The notes under the pieces are model-generated. The model did not search any database. It was not told the DNA's origin and saw only the letters and a program-made list of their open reading frames with translations. Of a stretch of 64,000 bases of DNA, positions 10,690-19,700 are shown one piece after another. Numbering within the stretch: the first letter of the stretch is position 1; every line of letters begins with the position of its first letter. The translations under genes were made by a program, and so were the position numbers. Source of the DNA: a virus; IMG/VR virus record IMGVR_UViG_3300031772_002739, positions 1 through 64,000 of that record. One strand, given 5' to 3'.

Positions 10690-11385
10690 ATGAAACTTCG
10701 GGTCTACAATGATACGTTAAATCCAGACCTTTGGGATGAGAATAAAAAACTTAAACCTGAGATTGGTAGTGTATTGTCAAAAGTATCTACGGACTTCTAT
10801 AAATCAACCGAATTGAGGGGAGAAATTATAGACATTTTATTTTTAGGATCGTCAGCTAATTATAATTGGAACCCCAATAGTGATATAGACCTTCATATAC
10901 TTATTGATGTCACTCAGGAAAAGATGCATCCAACTCATACTCGAAAGTTTTTAGATGTGTTGGCGTTCAAGTGGAATACTCAACATGATATACGGATTCG
11001 GGGAAATAAAGTTGAGGTATACATACAAGATATAGGAGAAACCAACAATTCTATCGGAATATATTCATTAATGAACAATGCTTGGTTAAGAGAACCATCA
11101 AAAGAACACGTTGAGTTGGATAAAGAACAGATTAAACGAAAATTTAAAATTCTCAAACATAAAATCAATCAGATAATAGAAACCGAAGATCCTGAAAAAT
11201 TGAAGGGTGTAATGAAAGATATACGGAATTTTAGACAATCAGGATTGGATAAAACTGGAGAATTTAGTACGGAAAATGTGGTATTCAAAGCTTTAAGACA
11301 CTCGGGATTGTTGACAAAGTTGAAGGATTCCATCAACAATTTTTATGATAAACAGGTTTCTATTAAAGATGATATATCCGTGTGA
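10690..11385 (+). CDS. Pol-beta-superfamily nucleotidyltransferase
   Basis: LGSSANYNW..SDIDLHI (GS + DxD) and VEVYIQD third acidic strand. Confidence 0.8.
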   Translation: MKLRVYNDTLNPDLWDENKKLKPEIGSVLSKVSTDFYKSTELRGEIIDILFLGSSANYNWNPNSDIDLHILIDVTQEKMHPTHTRKFLDVLAFKWNTQHDIRIRGNKVEVYIQDIGETNNSIGIYSLMNNAWLREPSKEHVELDKEQIKRKFKILKHKINQIIETEDPEKLKGVMKDIRNFRQSGLDKTGEFSTENVVFKALRHSGLLTKLKDSINNFYDKQVSIKDDISV

Positions 11386-12854
11386 TTATTACTCCAAATC
11401 CATTTGGTGTGACCACAATCCCAAATTCTATCAAACCCGTTGTTTTTCATATTTTCCCATTCTGATAATGAATCGTCATATTTCGGTAATATGAATTTTA
11501 GTTTGTGTTTTTGAAATGACATTCGATTTTTAACACCTTTATATTTATCAGTAATATAATAATAATTTGGTACTGTGTTTCTATCAAATTTCATCCCCAT
11601 ATTAATATAGACATTTCCGTTAAAATATCTACGATCACTATAACTAACAATAGATTTTGGATTGTGAGTTTTTACAAAATGTTGAAATAATTTGCTTGCA
11701 CCTCCAATGGTGGTATAATTAAGTTTATTACAAAAACGTGAAATTTCCCACTCTACGGTTTTGTCAAATCTTGATGTTTTTCTAAATGTCATTACGGATA
11801 CTAATTCATTGTCATGGTATAATCCCAATTTTATTGTTGATTTATCTTCACCTTGAATATGAGATTTATTTAAAAATGTATTTTTGTCTTTAGTGGATAT
11901 TGTTCTTATTTCACATGTTCTAGCAAAAATTTTGTTTGGTCGATATCCAAGTATAGAATTTATGATCGATTTTACAATTTCTGTTTTTTCAATCCATTCG
12001 TTTTCTAAAATATGAATTAATCTTACTCCATGAAACAAACAATTATTGGTTTTATTAAGATGATAATTTTTTTGAATTCCTCCACCTACGTTGCTGTGCC
12101 AATAAAGACCATTTATTTCAAATGCAATTTTTTTGAATGGTATATAAAAATCTAATTCTTTTCCATTTAAAATAACACGATCACGTCTTTTAATTTCTAT
12201 ATTTTTTGGAACTATAGACGACAAGAATTCAAAGAAAGAACGTTCTAATTCAAGTCTACGATCAGGATGACATTTATTACAGTAAATGTTAGAAAGATGA
12301 TATACTGAATGTTCAAATTCATTACCACATATATCGCATTTAAACTTATACAAATTTTTAAAATGATATCCTATATATTCGTTTCTTTCAGATAAAAAAG
12401 TAATATTCCATTCTTTACATAGATTTTTAATATATTTATAATGTCGATCCATTATTTGTTCGTTTACTTTTTGTATAACATCTGTAGTATTACGAATATT
12501 ATTTACTCCATATCGGTTTAAACATGTTTGTTTTATTTGTTCATAGTTGTTATAATTTTCGTTTCCATAACGTTTCTTTTTAGTATTTTTACTTTTTTCT
12601 ATGAATTTTTTTGATTGTAAAGCATGTTCGACACCATGTTTATTCATCATTGATTTTTTAAAATTTTCTACAACATTCTGTGTTTTCATGGGATGATCAG
12701 TTCCATAATTTTTTTGATAAGTAGATTTTTGACTTTTTTTCATTTTATCAATGACTTCTGGATTGTGTTGAGCACATGTTTTAGAACATGAAACTTGATT
12801 GTTTCGTTTGGTTCTAAATTCATTTTTACAAGTTGGACAAATTTTTAATATCAT
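11343..12854 (-). CDS. Hef-like homing endonuclease with Mom-like GNAT domain (paralog of 7722-9236)
   Basis: CPTC..CSKTC, YGxxN repeats, ELDFYIP..AFEINGLYWHS, WEISRF..GGASKLF..IVSYSDRRYFNGNVY..RIWDCG; ATG at 12854 preferred over TTG 12869. Confidence 0.75.
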   Translation of the reverse strand: MILKICPTCKNEFRTKRNNQVSCSKTCAQHNPEVIDKMKKSQKSTYQKNYGTDHPMKTQNVVENFKKSMMNKHGVEHALQSKKFIEKSKNTKKKRYGNENYNNYEQIKQTCLNRYGVNNIRNTTDVIQKVNEQIMDRHYKYIKNLCKEWNITFLSERNEYIGYHFKNLYKFKCDICGNEFEHSVYHLSNIYCNKCHPDRRLELERSFFEFLSSIVPKNIEIKRRDRVILNGKELDFYIPFKKIAFEINGLYWHSNVGGGIQKNYHLNKTNNCLFHGVRLIHILENEWIEKTEIVKSIINSILGYRPNKIFARTCEIRTISTKDKNTFLNKSHIQGEDKSTIKLGLYHDNELVSVMTFRKTSRFDKTVEWEISRFCNKLNYTTIGGASKLFQHFVKTHNPKSIVSYSDRRYFNGNVYINMGMKFDRNTVPNYYYITDKYKGVKNRMSFQKHKLKFILPKYDDSLSEWENMKNNGFDRIWDCGHTKWIWSNNHTDISSLIETCLS

Positions 12855-12881
12855 ATGTTTATAGTTCAAATGTCGTTAATA

Positions 12882-12910
12882 ATTATAGAACGTCACGATA
12901 TAAATGTCAA
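12882..12910 (-). promoter_or_regulatory. Consensus sigma70-type promoter for the minus-strand endonuclease
   Basis: TTGACA-N17-TATAAT on the minus strand. Confidence 0.85.
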
Positions 12911-12926
12911 ATTTTTATTTTTCAAA

Positions 12927-12934
12927 TATTTATA
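12927..12934 (+). promoter_or_regulatory. Putative late promoter TATTTATA (tail tube); representative of a recurrent motif
   Basis: The same oriented octamer precedes genes at 4233, 9289, 9703, 13624, 17843, 19939, 39521, 41071, 51465 and, on the minus strand, 47428-47435. Confidence 0.7.
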
Positions 12935-12978
12935 CATGTGAAGATATTATTTTCTATATTAACAAAACAGGAGTATTT

Positions 12979-13470
12979 ATGGCAGATTTATTAAATTCAA
13001 ACGAGATATTCTATACATCATTTGAACCAAAGGTTCAACATCGTTTTCAGATGTATGTTGATGGTATTCCAGCTTTTACAATCAAAAAAACCGATAGACC
13101 AAAGTTGACTCAAGAAAGAAAAGCTCTTGATCACATTAACTTACAGCGTTACTACAAAGGTAAATCTATCTGGCAAGAAATTACGATGGAACTTTATGAT
13201 CCAATCGTTCCGTCAGCAGCTCAGGCTGTTATGGAGTGGGTTCGTCTATCACACGAATCGGTAACTGGCCGCGATGGATATATGGATTTCTACAAGAAAG
13301 ATATAACGATCAATGTTATCGGTCCTGTCGGTGATAAAGTTGAAGAGTGGACACTTAAAGGTGCTTTCGTTACCAACGCTGATTTTCAAAACTTGGATTG
13401 GACAAACACGGGCGACCCATTAGGTGTGACTATAGTTGTATCATATGATTATGCCATTTTACAGTATTGA
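12979..13470 (+). CDS. Tail tube protein (T4 gp19-like)
   Basis: FEPK..RF, W..ITMELYDPI, YKKDI, GPVGDKVEEWTLKGAF, YDYAILQY; start moved to ATG 12979 behind AGGAG. Confidence 0.92.
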   Translation: MADLLNSNEIFYTSFEPKVQHRFQMYVDGIPAFTIKKTDRPKLTQERKALDHINLQRYYKGKSIWQEITMELYDPIVPSAAQAVMEWVRLSHESVTGRDGYMDFYKKDITINVIGPVGDKVEEWTLKGAFVTNADFQNLDWTNTGDPLGVTIVVSYDYAILQY

Positions 13471-13538
13471 TGTATCTCATTATCAACTACTTATAATTAT
13501 CTCCTATATCATAGCGTAATCAAAAATAAAAGTTTGAC

Positions 13539-13576
13539 ATCTCTCCTCCTTATGTATAAGGGGGAGATTTATTTTT
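13539..13576 (+). terminator. Hairpin/terminator after tail tube
   Basis: ATCTCTCCTCCTTAT-gt-ATAAGGGGGAGAT followed by a T-rich tract. Confidence 0.5.
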
Positions 13577-13660
13577 AAAGTGACTGATATGAAAAATATT
13601 AATTCATCGTTAATTTTGGTTGATATTTATAAATGGTAAATCCTATATTTATTTGAGTGT

Positions 13661-14467
13661 ATGATAAAATTAAAAGACATATTACAAGAAGCCTGTGAAA
13701 AAGCTCTTGCAAGAACGGTGCCTATAACTAAAGAAAATTTTGATCGTATGTTGCCGTCGTGTAGTGATGCGGTGGATGCAAATAAACAAGGATACGTAAT
13801 TTATAGAGGATTAGAAAAAATCATACCATCCTTATACGCATCGGTGAACCCAAGTGAATATTATAGGTATTCAATGAATACAACAAATTTTTATACCGCA
13901 CTCATAGACGTATTACCTTCTTGGGTTGATTATCCAAAACGAAGTCGTAGTATTATATGTTCTACATCGATGGGATCTGCTGGATGCTTCGGTAACACTA
14001 TATATCAAGTATTCCCCCAAAATGGAGCGTCAATAGGTATATGTCCGAAATCAGATTTTTGGGGTTCTTTTAAAATAGTTAAAAATAGATTAAAATATGC
14101 TAAGGATATGGATTTATTCAATTACTGTATGGAAAGTTTTATTAGACATGTTTTAAACATAAAATTTTCTTCATCCGATCTTACGCCGTCGGGCATCATT
14201 AACATACTTAAACAAATGGATGACGTTATGAATAATAAAAAAGATGAAATATACACAGCAGATGAATACGATGAGAATATATGGAATGACGTTAAACAAA
14301 GGTGGAAAGTTTCCTGGATGCATTATTTTGATGAATTATTGGATCCAGAAAATAATGAATTTATGGTGATGCCAATTAAAAATTTTAATGTTACAGAAAA
14401 AAATGTATCAGGAAGAGAAGTGTGGACAGATGCTTATTCGTTGTTGAAAGTTGATGAAAGTCGATGA
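13661..14467 (+). CDS. Putative ADP-ribosyltransferase-fold protein, paralog 1, MIKLKDILQE leader
   Basis: IYRG, YPKRSRSIICSTS..A..FG..YQVF, GREVW. Confidence 0.6.
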   Translation: MIKLKDILQEACEKALARTVPITKENFDRMLPSCSDAVDANKQGYVIYRGLEKIIPSLYASVNPSEYYRYSMNTTNFYTALIDVLPSWVDYPKRSRSIICSTSMGSAGCFGNTIYQVFPQNGASIGICPKSDFWGSFKIVKNRLKYAKDMDLFNYCMESFIRHVLNIKFSSSDLTPSGIINILKQMDDVMNNKKDEIYTADEYDENIWNDVKQRWKVSWMHYFDELLDPENNEFMVMPIKNFNVTEKNVSGREVWTDAYSLLKVDESR

Positions 14468-14519
14468 ATCAACGTTGATGTAAATTCGGTTGAACCACCA
14501 TATCGTTAATAAAAATAGT

Positions 14520-15413
14520 ATGATCAAGTTGAAAAATATATTAGAAACATCTCAACCTTATAGTAAGAACATATCCGAATTAAGTGTTGGAATGGCTTCC
14601 TTACATGCGAATACAACTTTTAAAAACTCTTTTGATTTATATAAACAAGATTCAAGAGTTTTGTATAGAGGAATAAGTGATAAATATCGTGGAAATTATT
14701 ATTATGTGAATCCTCGGACCGCGGCTAGAATATCAAAAGACAGTAATAATCTTTATGTAGCTTTGATGGATGCGTTACCTTCATGGAACGGATATCCGAA
14801 ACGAAGTAGAAGTATTATTGTGGGAACGTCGGAATCTGTGGCTGAAGATTACGGAGATATATTTTTAGTATTTTTAAAATATAACGCTAACGTGGCTGTT
14901 TGTTCAGAAGACGATTTATGGAAAGGCATGCCTTATTTAATGAGAAAAACTAACGTCAACGGGTTAGATACTTATATGATGGGTTTAAATGAGTTGTTGA
15001 TGAGTGTTAGTAGATATGATGATAAAATACCTGATATAGAAACTAAAACTTATTCGGAAAACAACATAGAAGAATTTTTTCAAGGTATGATATATCTTAC
15101 AAAGGAAGTGTTAGAAAAGTCTATTAGTGATAGACTGGTTTGGAGCGCCGCCGCAAGGATATCGAAAAATATGCTTTTAAGTTCTTCCGATGCAAAAAAT
15201 GGTTGGAGGAATTATTTTAATGATCTTTTTGATCCTGTTAATAATGGAATATCGTTATCATCTGTATCAGAACTTCCATATGATGAAAAACATGAATGTT
15301 GGTCAGATAGTGATGCATTGTTGGTAAAGGATGAAGATCAAGCGGTAAGAATTTTATACAAATACAAACCGCCCGATCCTAATCAACAGACTTTAGATTT
15401 TGGAAATGTATGA
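14520..15413 (+). CDS. Putative ADP-ribosyltransferase-fold protein, paralog 2, MIKLKNILE leader
   Basis: LYRG, YPKRSRSIIVGTS..AEDYG.IFLVF, KHECW; start moved to ATG 14520 to match the paralogs. Confidence 0.6.
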   Translation: MIKLKNILETSQPYSKNISELSVGMASLHANTTFKNSFDLYKQDSRVLYRGISDKYRGNYYYVNPRTAARISKDSNNLYVALMDALPSWNGYPKRSRSIIVGTSESVAEDYGDIFLVFLKYNANVAVCSEDDLWKGMPYLMRKTNVNGLDTYMMGLNELLMSVSRYDDKIPDIETKTYSENNIEEFFQGMIYLTKEVLEKSISDRLVWSAAARISKNMLLSSSDAKNGWRNYFNDLFDPVNNGISLSSVSELPYDEKHECWSDSDALLVKDEDQAVRILYKYKPPDPNQQTLDFGNV

Positions 15414-16264
15414 TCAAGTTAAAAAACATAGTCGAAGAATTTTTGAGATCGTCACCGGAGGGAGAAAGACGTAGGACGATTGATTTAGATCAAGCTGTTT
15501 CTTTGGCAAAAGATTATAGTGAATCGATAGAGATAGGCGGTAAAGGCCGGTTGTATAGGGGGGTAAGAGGCGCCGATCAACGTTATTATTATATAGATCC
15601 GTCCAGTTCACCAATGAGATATTCAAGAGATGTAAACAACATTTACATGGCTCTTATGGATACTTTACCGGCGTGGAGTGGATTTCCAAAAAGAAGTCAT
15701 AGTATTATAGTTTCTACAGATTATACAGATGCTAATAGCTATGGTGCTTTGTATGTAGTGTTTTTGAAAAATGAATCGAAAATAGCTTCTGCTAGTTCCA
15801 AAGATATTATTTCGTATGCGGGAATGCCATATCTTTATGATAGACTGAACGTGGATTTAGAAGGTTATATGTATAGATTGGAAAAACTGTTTAACACTGG
15901 AAAAGAGTTAGGATGGTATATGCCTACGACAGGAAAACATGATTATACCTACAAAAATATAGAAGATTTTTACAACGAAATGAGCGATTTAACTGTGGAA
16001 CGGTTGAAAATTCTTCAAACTAAGTTTCAGAACTACGTTAAGATAACTAATGTGATAGATGATATGTTGAAACATCCTGATCCAGAAAACGGATGGAAAA
16101 ATTATTTTAATGAATTATTAAGTCCAACAAAAAATGGTATAACTTTAGAAACGATATCATCTATAAAATACAATGATGGTAGAGAATGTTGGACAGAATT
16201 TCCTGCTATACTTGTCAGACAAACTTTTTTGGGTGGATTTATTGATGCTTATAATAATGTATGA
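15410..16264 (+). CDS. Putative ADP-ribosyltransferase-fold protein, paralog 3, MIKLKNIVEE leader
   Basis: LYRG, FPKRSHSIIVSTD..ANSYG.LYVVF, GRECW; ATGA overlap. Confidence 0.6.
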   Translation: MIKLKNIVEEFLRSSPEGERRRTIDLDQAVSLAKDYSESIEIGGKGRLYRGVRGADQRYYYIDPSSSPMRYSRDVNNIYMALMDTLPAWSGFPKRSHSIIVSTDYTDANSYGALYVVFLKNESKIASASSKDIISYAGMPYLYDRLNVDLEGYMYRLEKLFNTGKELGWYMPTTGKHDYTYKNIEDFYNEMSDLTVERLKILQTKFQNYVKITNVIDDMLKHPDPENGWKNYFNELLSPTKNGITLETISSIKYNDGRECWTEFPAILVRQTFLGGFIDAYNNV

Positions 16265-17097
16265 TCAAGTTAAAAAATATATTGAATGAAATCAGAAGGG
16301 TGCCTGTTAATATAAACAGCTCTTTAGCTTTTATGAGATCCAAATGTTCTTTAGCCGTTGGTCACGCTAGAGAGGGAAGAGTTGTTTATCGTGGTGTTGA
16401 GACTGCCACAAAACCAGCATATTATCTAGATCCTTCAAAAGAGTCGAGGACATCGAAAGATACTAACAATCTTTATCAGGCTATAATGGCTACGTCTCCA
16501 AATTGGGATGGGTATCCAAATAGAGAACAGAGTGTTATGTTTTCACCGATGAAAAGCACAGCAGATGAATACGGAGAAGCATATTTTGTGTTTGTTCCAG
16601 ATGATGCTAATATAGTTATGACAACATTAAGCCATGGAGATTTTTGGCACTCTATGGATAATATTGAAAAACGAATCACGGCAGACATTCCATCGTTGAT
16701 GAATATTATTAAAGGAATAAGTAACTATTCAAATATAAATCCCGATTTAAATTTTGAATTCCCCAATGTAGTAGAACATGTTTTTACATCATCTGATGTT
16801 AATAAGTTCTACGAGGAAATGAAAAAGTTTACTAAAGAAAAAATTGAATATTTAATTCAAGTTAAAAAACCTTGGCCACATGCTAAACCGTTTTACTTGG
16901 ATATGTTGAAACATTATGATGCCGAAAACGGATGGAGAAACTATTTCAATGATTTGTTTGATCCTCAAAAGAATAAAATAAAGTTGGGTGGAGTTAACGA
17001 CATCCCATATAGAAAAGATGAAGAATGTTGGACGGATTCTCCTGTATTGTTGTTGTCTTGTGGTTTGAATGTAAATAAAATTTTGAACGATTTATAA
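16261..17097 (+). CDS. Putative ADP-ribosyltransferase-fold protein, paralog 4, MIKLKNILNE leader
   Basis: VYRG, YPNREQSVMFSP..ADEYGEAYFVF, DEECW; ATGA overlap. Confidence 0.6.
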   Translation: MIKLKNILNEIRRVPVNINSSLAFMRSKCSLAVGHAREGRVVYRGVETATKPAYYLDPSKESRTSKDTNNLYQAIMATSPNWDGYPNREQSVMFSPMKSTADEYGEAYFVFVPDDANIVMTTLSHGDFWHSMDNIEKRITADIPSLMNIIKGISNYSNINPDLNFEFPNVVEHVFTSSDVNKFYEEMKKFTKEKIEYLIQVKKPWPHAKPFYLDMLKHYDAENGWRNYFNDLFDPQKNKIKLGGVNDIPYRKDEECWTDSPVLLLSCGLNVNKILNDL

Positions 17098-17101
17098 ATG
17101 T

Positions 17102-17842
17102 ATGATTAAATTAAAGAATATATTAGAATCTTTATCAGAACACCCCCTTACCGAAAGTGTGTTTGATAAAGGGTTATTTAAGGCTGTATTTTTTTCAGGC
17201 ATCCCAGGTGCTGGTAAAAGTTATGTCATTAACTCTATTACTGATGGTCAAATCCAACCCCGCATTGTAAACTTTGATAAATATTCAGAGTTTTTGGCTA
17301 AAAAATATAATTTGCCAGACGCTGGCGATCAAGATTTTCCTTTTGTTGATCAGGCAAAAACAATGACGATATCCCAACTTTCTGGATATGTTAATGGGTT
17401 ACTTCCACTTTTTATTGACACCACCAGTAATAAAGCCAATAGAACGATGTTAAGAGATGGAGTATTAAAATCATTTGGGTATGATACGGGAATGGTGTGG
17501 ATTAATACTCCATTGGATGTGGCGTTAGACAGAATCAAACAAAGAGATAGATCGGTCTCAGATGATTTCGTGGTATCTGTTCATCGTTCATTGGAAGAAA
17601 ATATAAAATATTATAAAACTCAGTTTTCATTTTTTATTGAAGTAAAAAACGGCGCAGGAGAATTGACTGATGAAGTTATTAGAGACGCCTATAAAACTGC
17701 TTCATCATTCTTTAGAGAAGACATACAAAATCCAATAGGTAAGAGAAATTATAAAAAGGCTTTTGACACTACAGGATATTTGGTTCCTCACGTTTACAAA
17801 TCGATAAGTGATATAAAAGTGAAATTAAGTAATTGGTATTGA
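17102..17842 (+). CDS. P-loop kinase (zeta-toxin/AAA_33-like) with MIKLKNILE leader
   Basis: AVFFSGIPGAGKS Walker A, IVNFD, LFIDTT, GYDTGMVWINTPLDVALDRIKQRDR lid. Confidence 0.75.
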   Translation: MIKLKNILESLSEHPLTESVFDKGLFKAVFFSGIPGAGKSYVINSITDGQIQPRIVNFDKYSEFLAKKYNLPDAGDQDFPFVDQAKTMTISQLSGYVNGLLPLFIDTTSNKANRTMLRDGVLKSFGYDTGMVWINTPLDVALDRIKQRDRSVSDDFVVSVHRSLEENIKYYKTQFSFFIEVKNGAGELTDEVIRDAYKTASSFFREDIQNPIGKRNYKKAFDTTGYLVPHVYKSISDIKVKLSNWY

Positions 17843-17855
17843 TATTTATAAACAT

Positions 17856-18788
17856 ATGAAAGTCGTGGGAATTTACAGCGGGAGATTCCAGCCCGCACAT
17901 AGAGGACATTTGGGAGTTTACAACCAACTGAAACAGATTTCAGCTGATGATACTTTTGTGGTGACTTCTGATAAGGTAGAAATTCCTAAATCCCCCCTCA
18001 ACTTTGCCGAAAAACAACAAATATGGGCAAGACATGGTGTTCCATCCTCTCATGTGGTCAAAGTTAAAAATCCATATAATCCTTTAGAATTAGTTCAGGG
18101 GTTTTCCAAAGAAACCGCGGCGCTGGTATATGCCTTGGGGGATCGGGATGCTGAAAGATTTTCTGCTAATAAAAAAGTTGAAAATAATAAAGTAATATGG
18201 ACTAAAAAAGCTGGAGAACCATCATATTTTCAACCATATTTAGGAAATGAGAATAATCTTCAACCACTTGATAAACATGGTTATATCATGATTGTTGGCG
18301 ATGTAAAGATCGATGGGAAACCCATCTCCGGAACAAAAGTAAGAGAAATGTTGGGGTCTAACAAATATAATGATGAACAAAAGAAAACATTTTTTCAATG
18401 GGTTTTTGGGTGGTTTGATATCAGTTTGTTTGATTTATTAAAAGAAAAATTTACCCCGTTTCAAGATGATCAAGTAGAAAAACTCAAAGAAGTTATTGTA
18501 AAAATAGTTAATGAATTAGACGGATCTATAGGAACAATACCCGTTTCTTCTATACCAAGTGGGTTGCCAGCCGGAGATTCGATAGATCCAACTCAAGACG
18601 TGGTTGAAAAAACACCAGAAGAAGAACGTAAGGAACGGGAGTTAGCTCGTAAAAAATATGATGCTGCTGCTAAGAATTTGGAGTTCTTAAGAACCAAAGC
18701 TAAATATATATCCAAGGATAAAGATCAAAATATCAGAGATAGAAAAGATAAAGAAAAAGAAATAAATCTTCTAAAAAAGAGCATATAA
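17856..18788 (+). CDS. HxGH nucleotidyltransferase (cytidylyltransferase/NMNAT-like)
   Basis: YSGRFQPAHRGH, GDRD, ISGTKVRE; coiled-coil C-terminus. Confidence 0.8.
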   Translation: MKVVGIYSGRFQPAHRGHLGVYNQLKQISADDTFVVTSDKVEIPKSPLNFAEKQQIWARHGVPSSHVVKVKNPYNPLELVQGFSKETAALVYALGDRDAERFSANKKVENNKVIWTKKAGEPSYFQPYLGNENNLQPLDKHGYIMIVGDVKIDGKPISGTKVREMLGSNKYNDEQKKTFFQWVFGWFDISLFDLLKEKFTPFQDDQVEKLKEVIVKIVNELDGSIGTIPVSSIPSGLPAGDSIDPTQDVVEKTPEEERKERELARKKYDAAAKNLEFLRTKAKYISKDKDQNIRDRKDKEKEINLLKKSI

Positions 18789-18851
18789 AAAACAAAAAGT
18801 TGTTACGTTCCCTATATATTAGTTGAAAAGCTAACACGTTTATAATACAAT

Positions 18852-19700
18852 ATGTCTGATAATACAGTTAAAATCCGGCGCTCTCCAACTGCTGAAGAAG
18901 TTGTAGTTCAACTACAACCAGTTAAACAAGAAGAGAAGTATCCCACTGAACATGTTCCCCTTCCTACCAAGGGTCATTTTTATCCCCTCGACCATCTATT
19001 GTCAATAGGAACGATAGAGATCAAACAAATGACAGCCAGAGAAGAAGATGTTCTCGCTAATCAGGAACTTCTTCGTAAGGGAACAGTGTTAGATGTTCTT
19101 TTATCGTCTCTTATTGTTGATAAATCCATCAACGTTAAAGACATTTTGATTGTGGATAAAAATGCCATAATGATCGCTATTCGTCGTTTAGCTTATGGAG
19201 ACGATTATCCAATTTCCGTGTCATGTCCTCAATGTGATGTTAAAAATCAAGTGGTTATAAATCTTGGAAATATTGAAAATAAACCTTTTGATCTTGAAGG
19301 TGTTCAGAAAGGTGAAAATTCGTTCGCATTCAAGTTACCAAATTCCAAAAAAACTATCACCTATAAACTTCTCAATCAACACGACGATGATTCTATTACA
19401 ACCGAGCTAAACAATCAAAAAAAGATTTCAAAAGATGCTCCGTCAAGAGAACTCACCACGAGGTTGAAATATCTTATCACATCAGTTGATGGTACCACCG
19501 ACAAGGCTTATATTCGTAAGTTTGTTGATGAAGAATTGATGGCTAACGATTCTCTGGCGCTACGAACACATTTTAGAGATCACAATCCTGATATTGATAT
19601 GTCGTTTGATTTTACGTGCCATCAATGTAGTTATGAGAGGAGGTTAGGAATCCCTCTGGGAATGTCCTTTCTATGGCCTGGCGTTGACGATGGAAGATAA
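18852..19700 (+). CDS. Baseplate hub / tail assembly chaperone (T4 gp26-like)
   Basis: LPTKG.FY, MTAREEDVL, DKNAIMIAIRRLAYG, two CxxC motifs, terminal FLWP; lies between tube and tape measure. Confidence 0.8.
   Translation: MSDNTVKIRRSPTAEEVVVQLQPVKQEEKYPTEHVPLPTKGHFYPLDHLLSIGTIEIKQMTAREEDVLANQELLRKGTVLDVLLSSLIVDKSINVKDILIVDKNAIMIAIRRLAYGDDYPISVSCPQCDVKNQVVINLGNIENKPFDLEGVQKGENSFAFKLPNSKKTITYKLLNQHDDDSITTELNNQKKISKDAPSRELTTRLKYLITSVDGTTDKAYIRKFVDEELMANDSLALRTHFRDHNPDIDMSFDFTCHQCSYERRLGIPLGMSFLWPGVDDGR

Noticed and set aside
14468-14479. Perfect 12-bp palindrome ATCAACGTTGAT between array genes 1 and 2
   Set aside because: Single occurrence; not seen at the other junctions; could be chance
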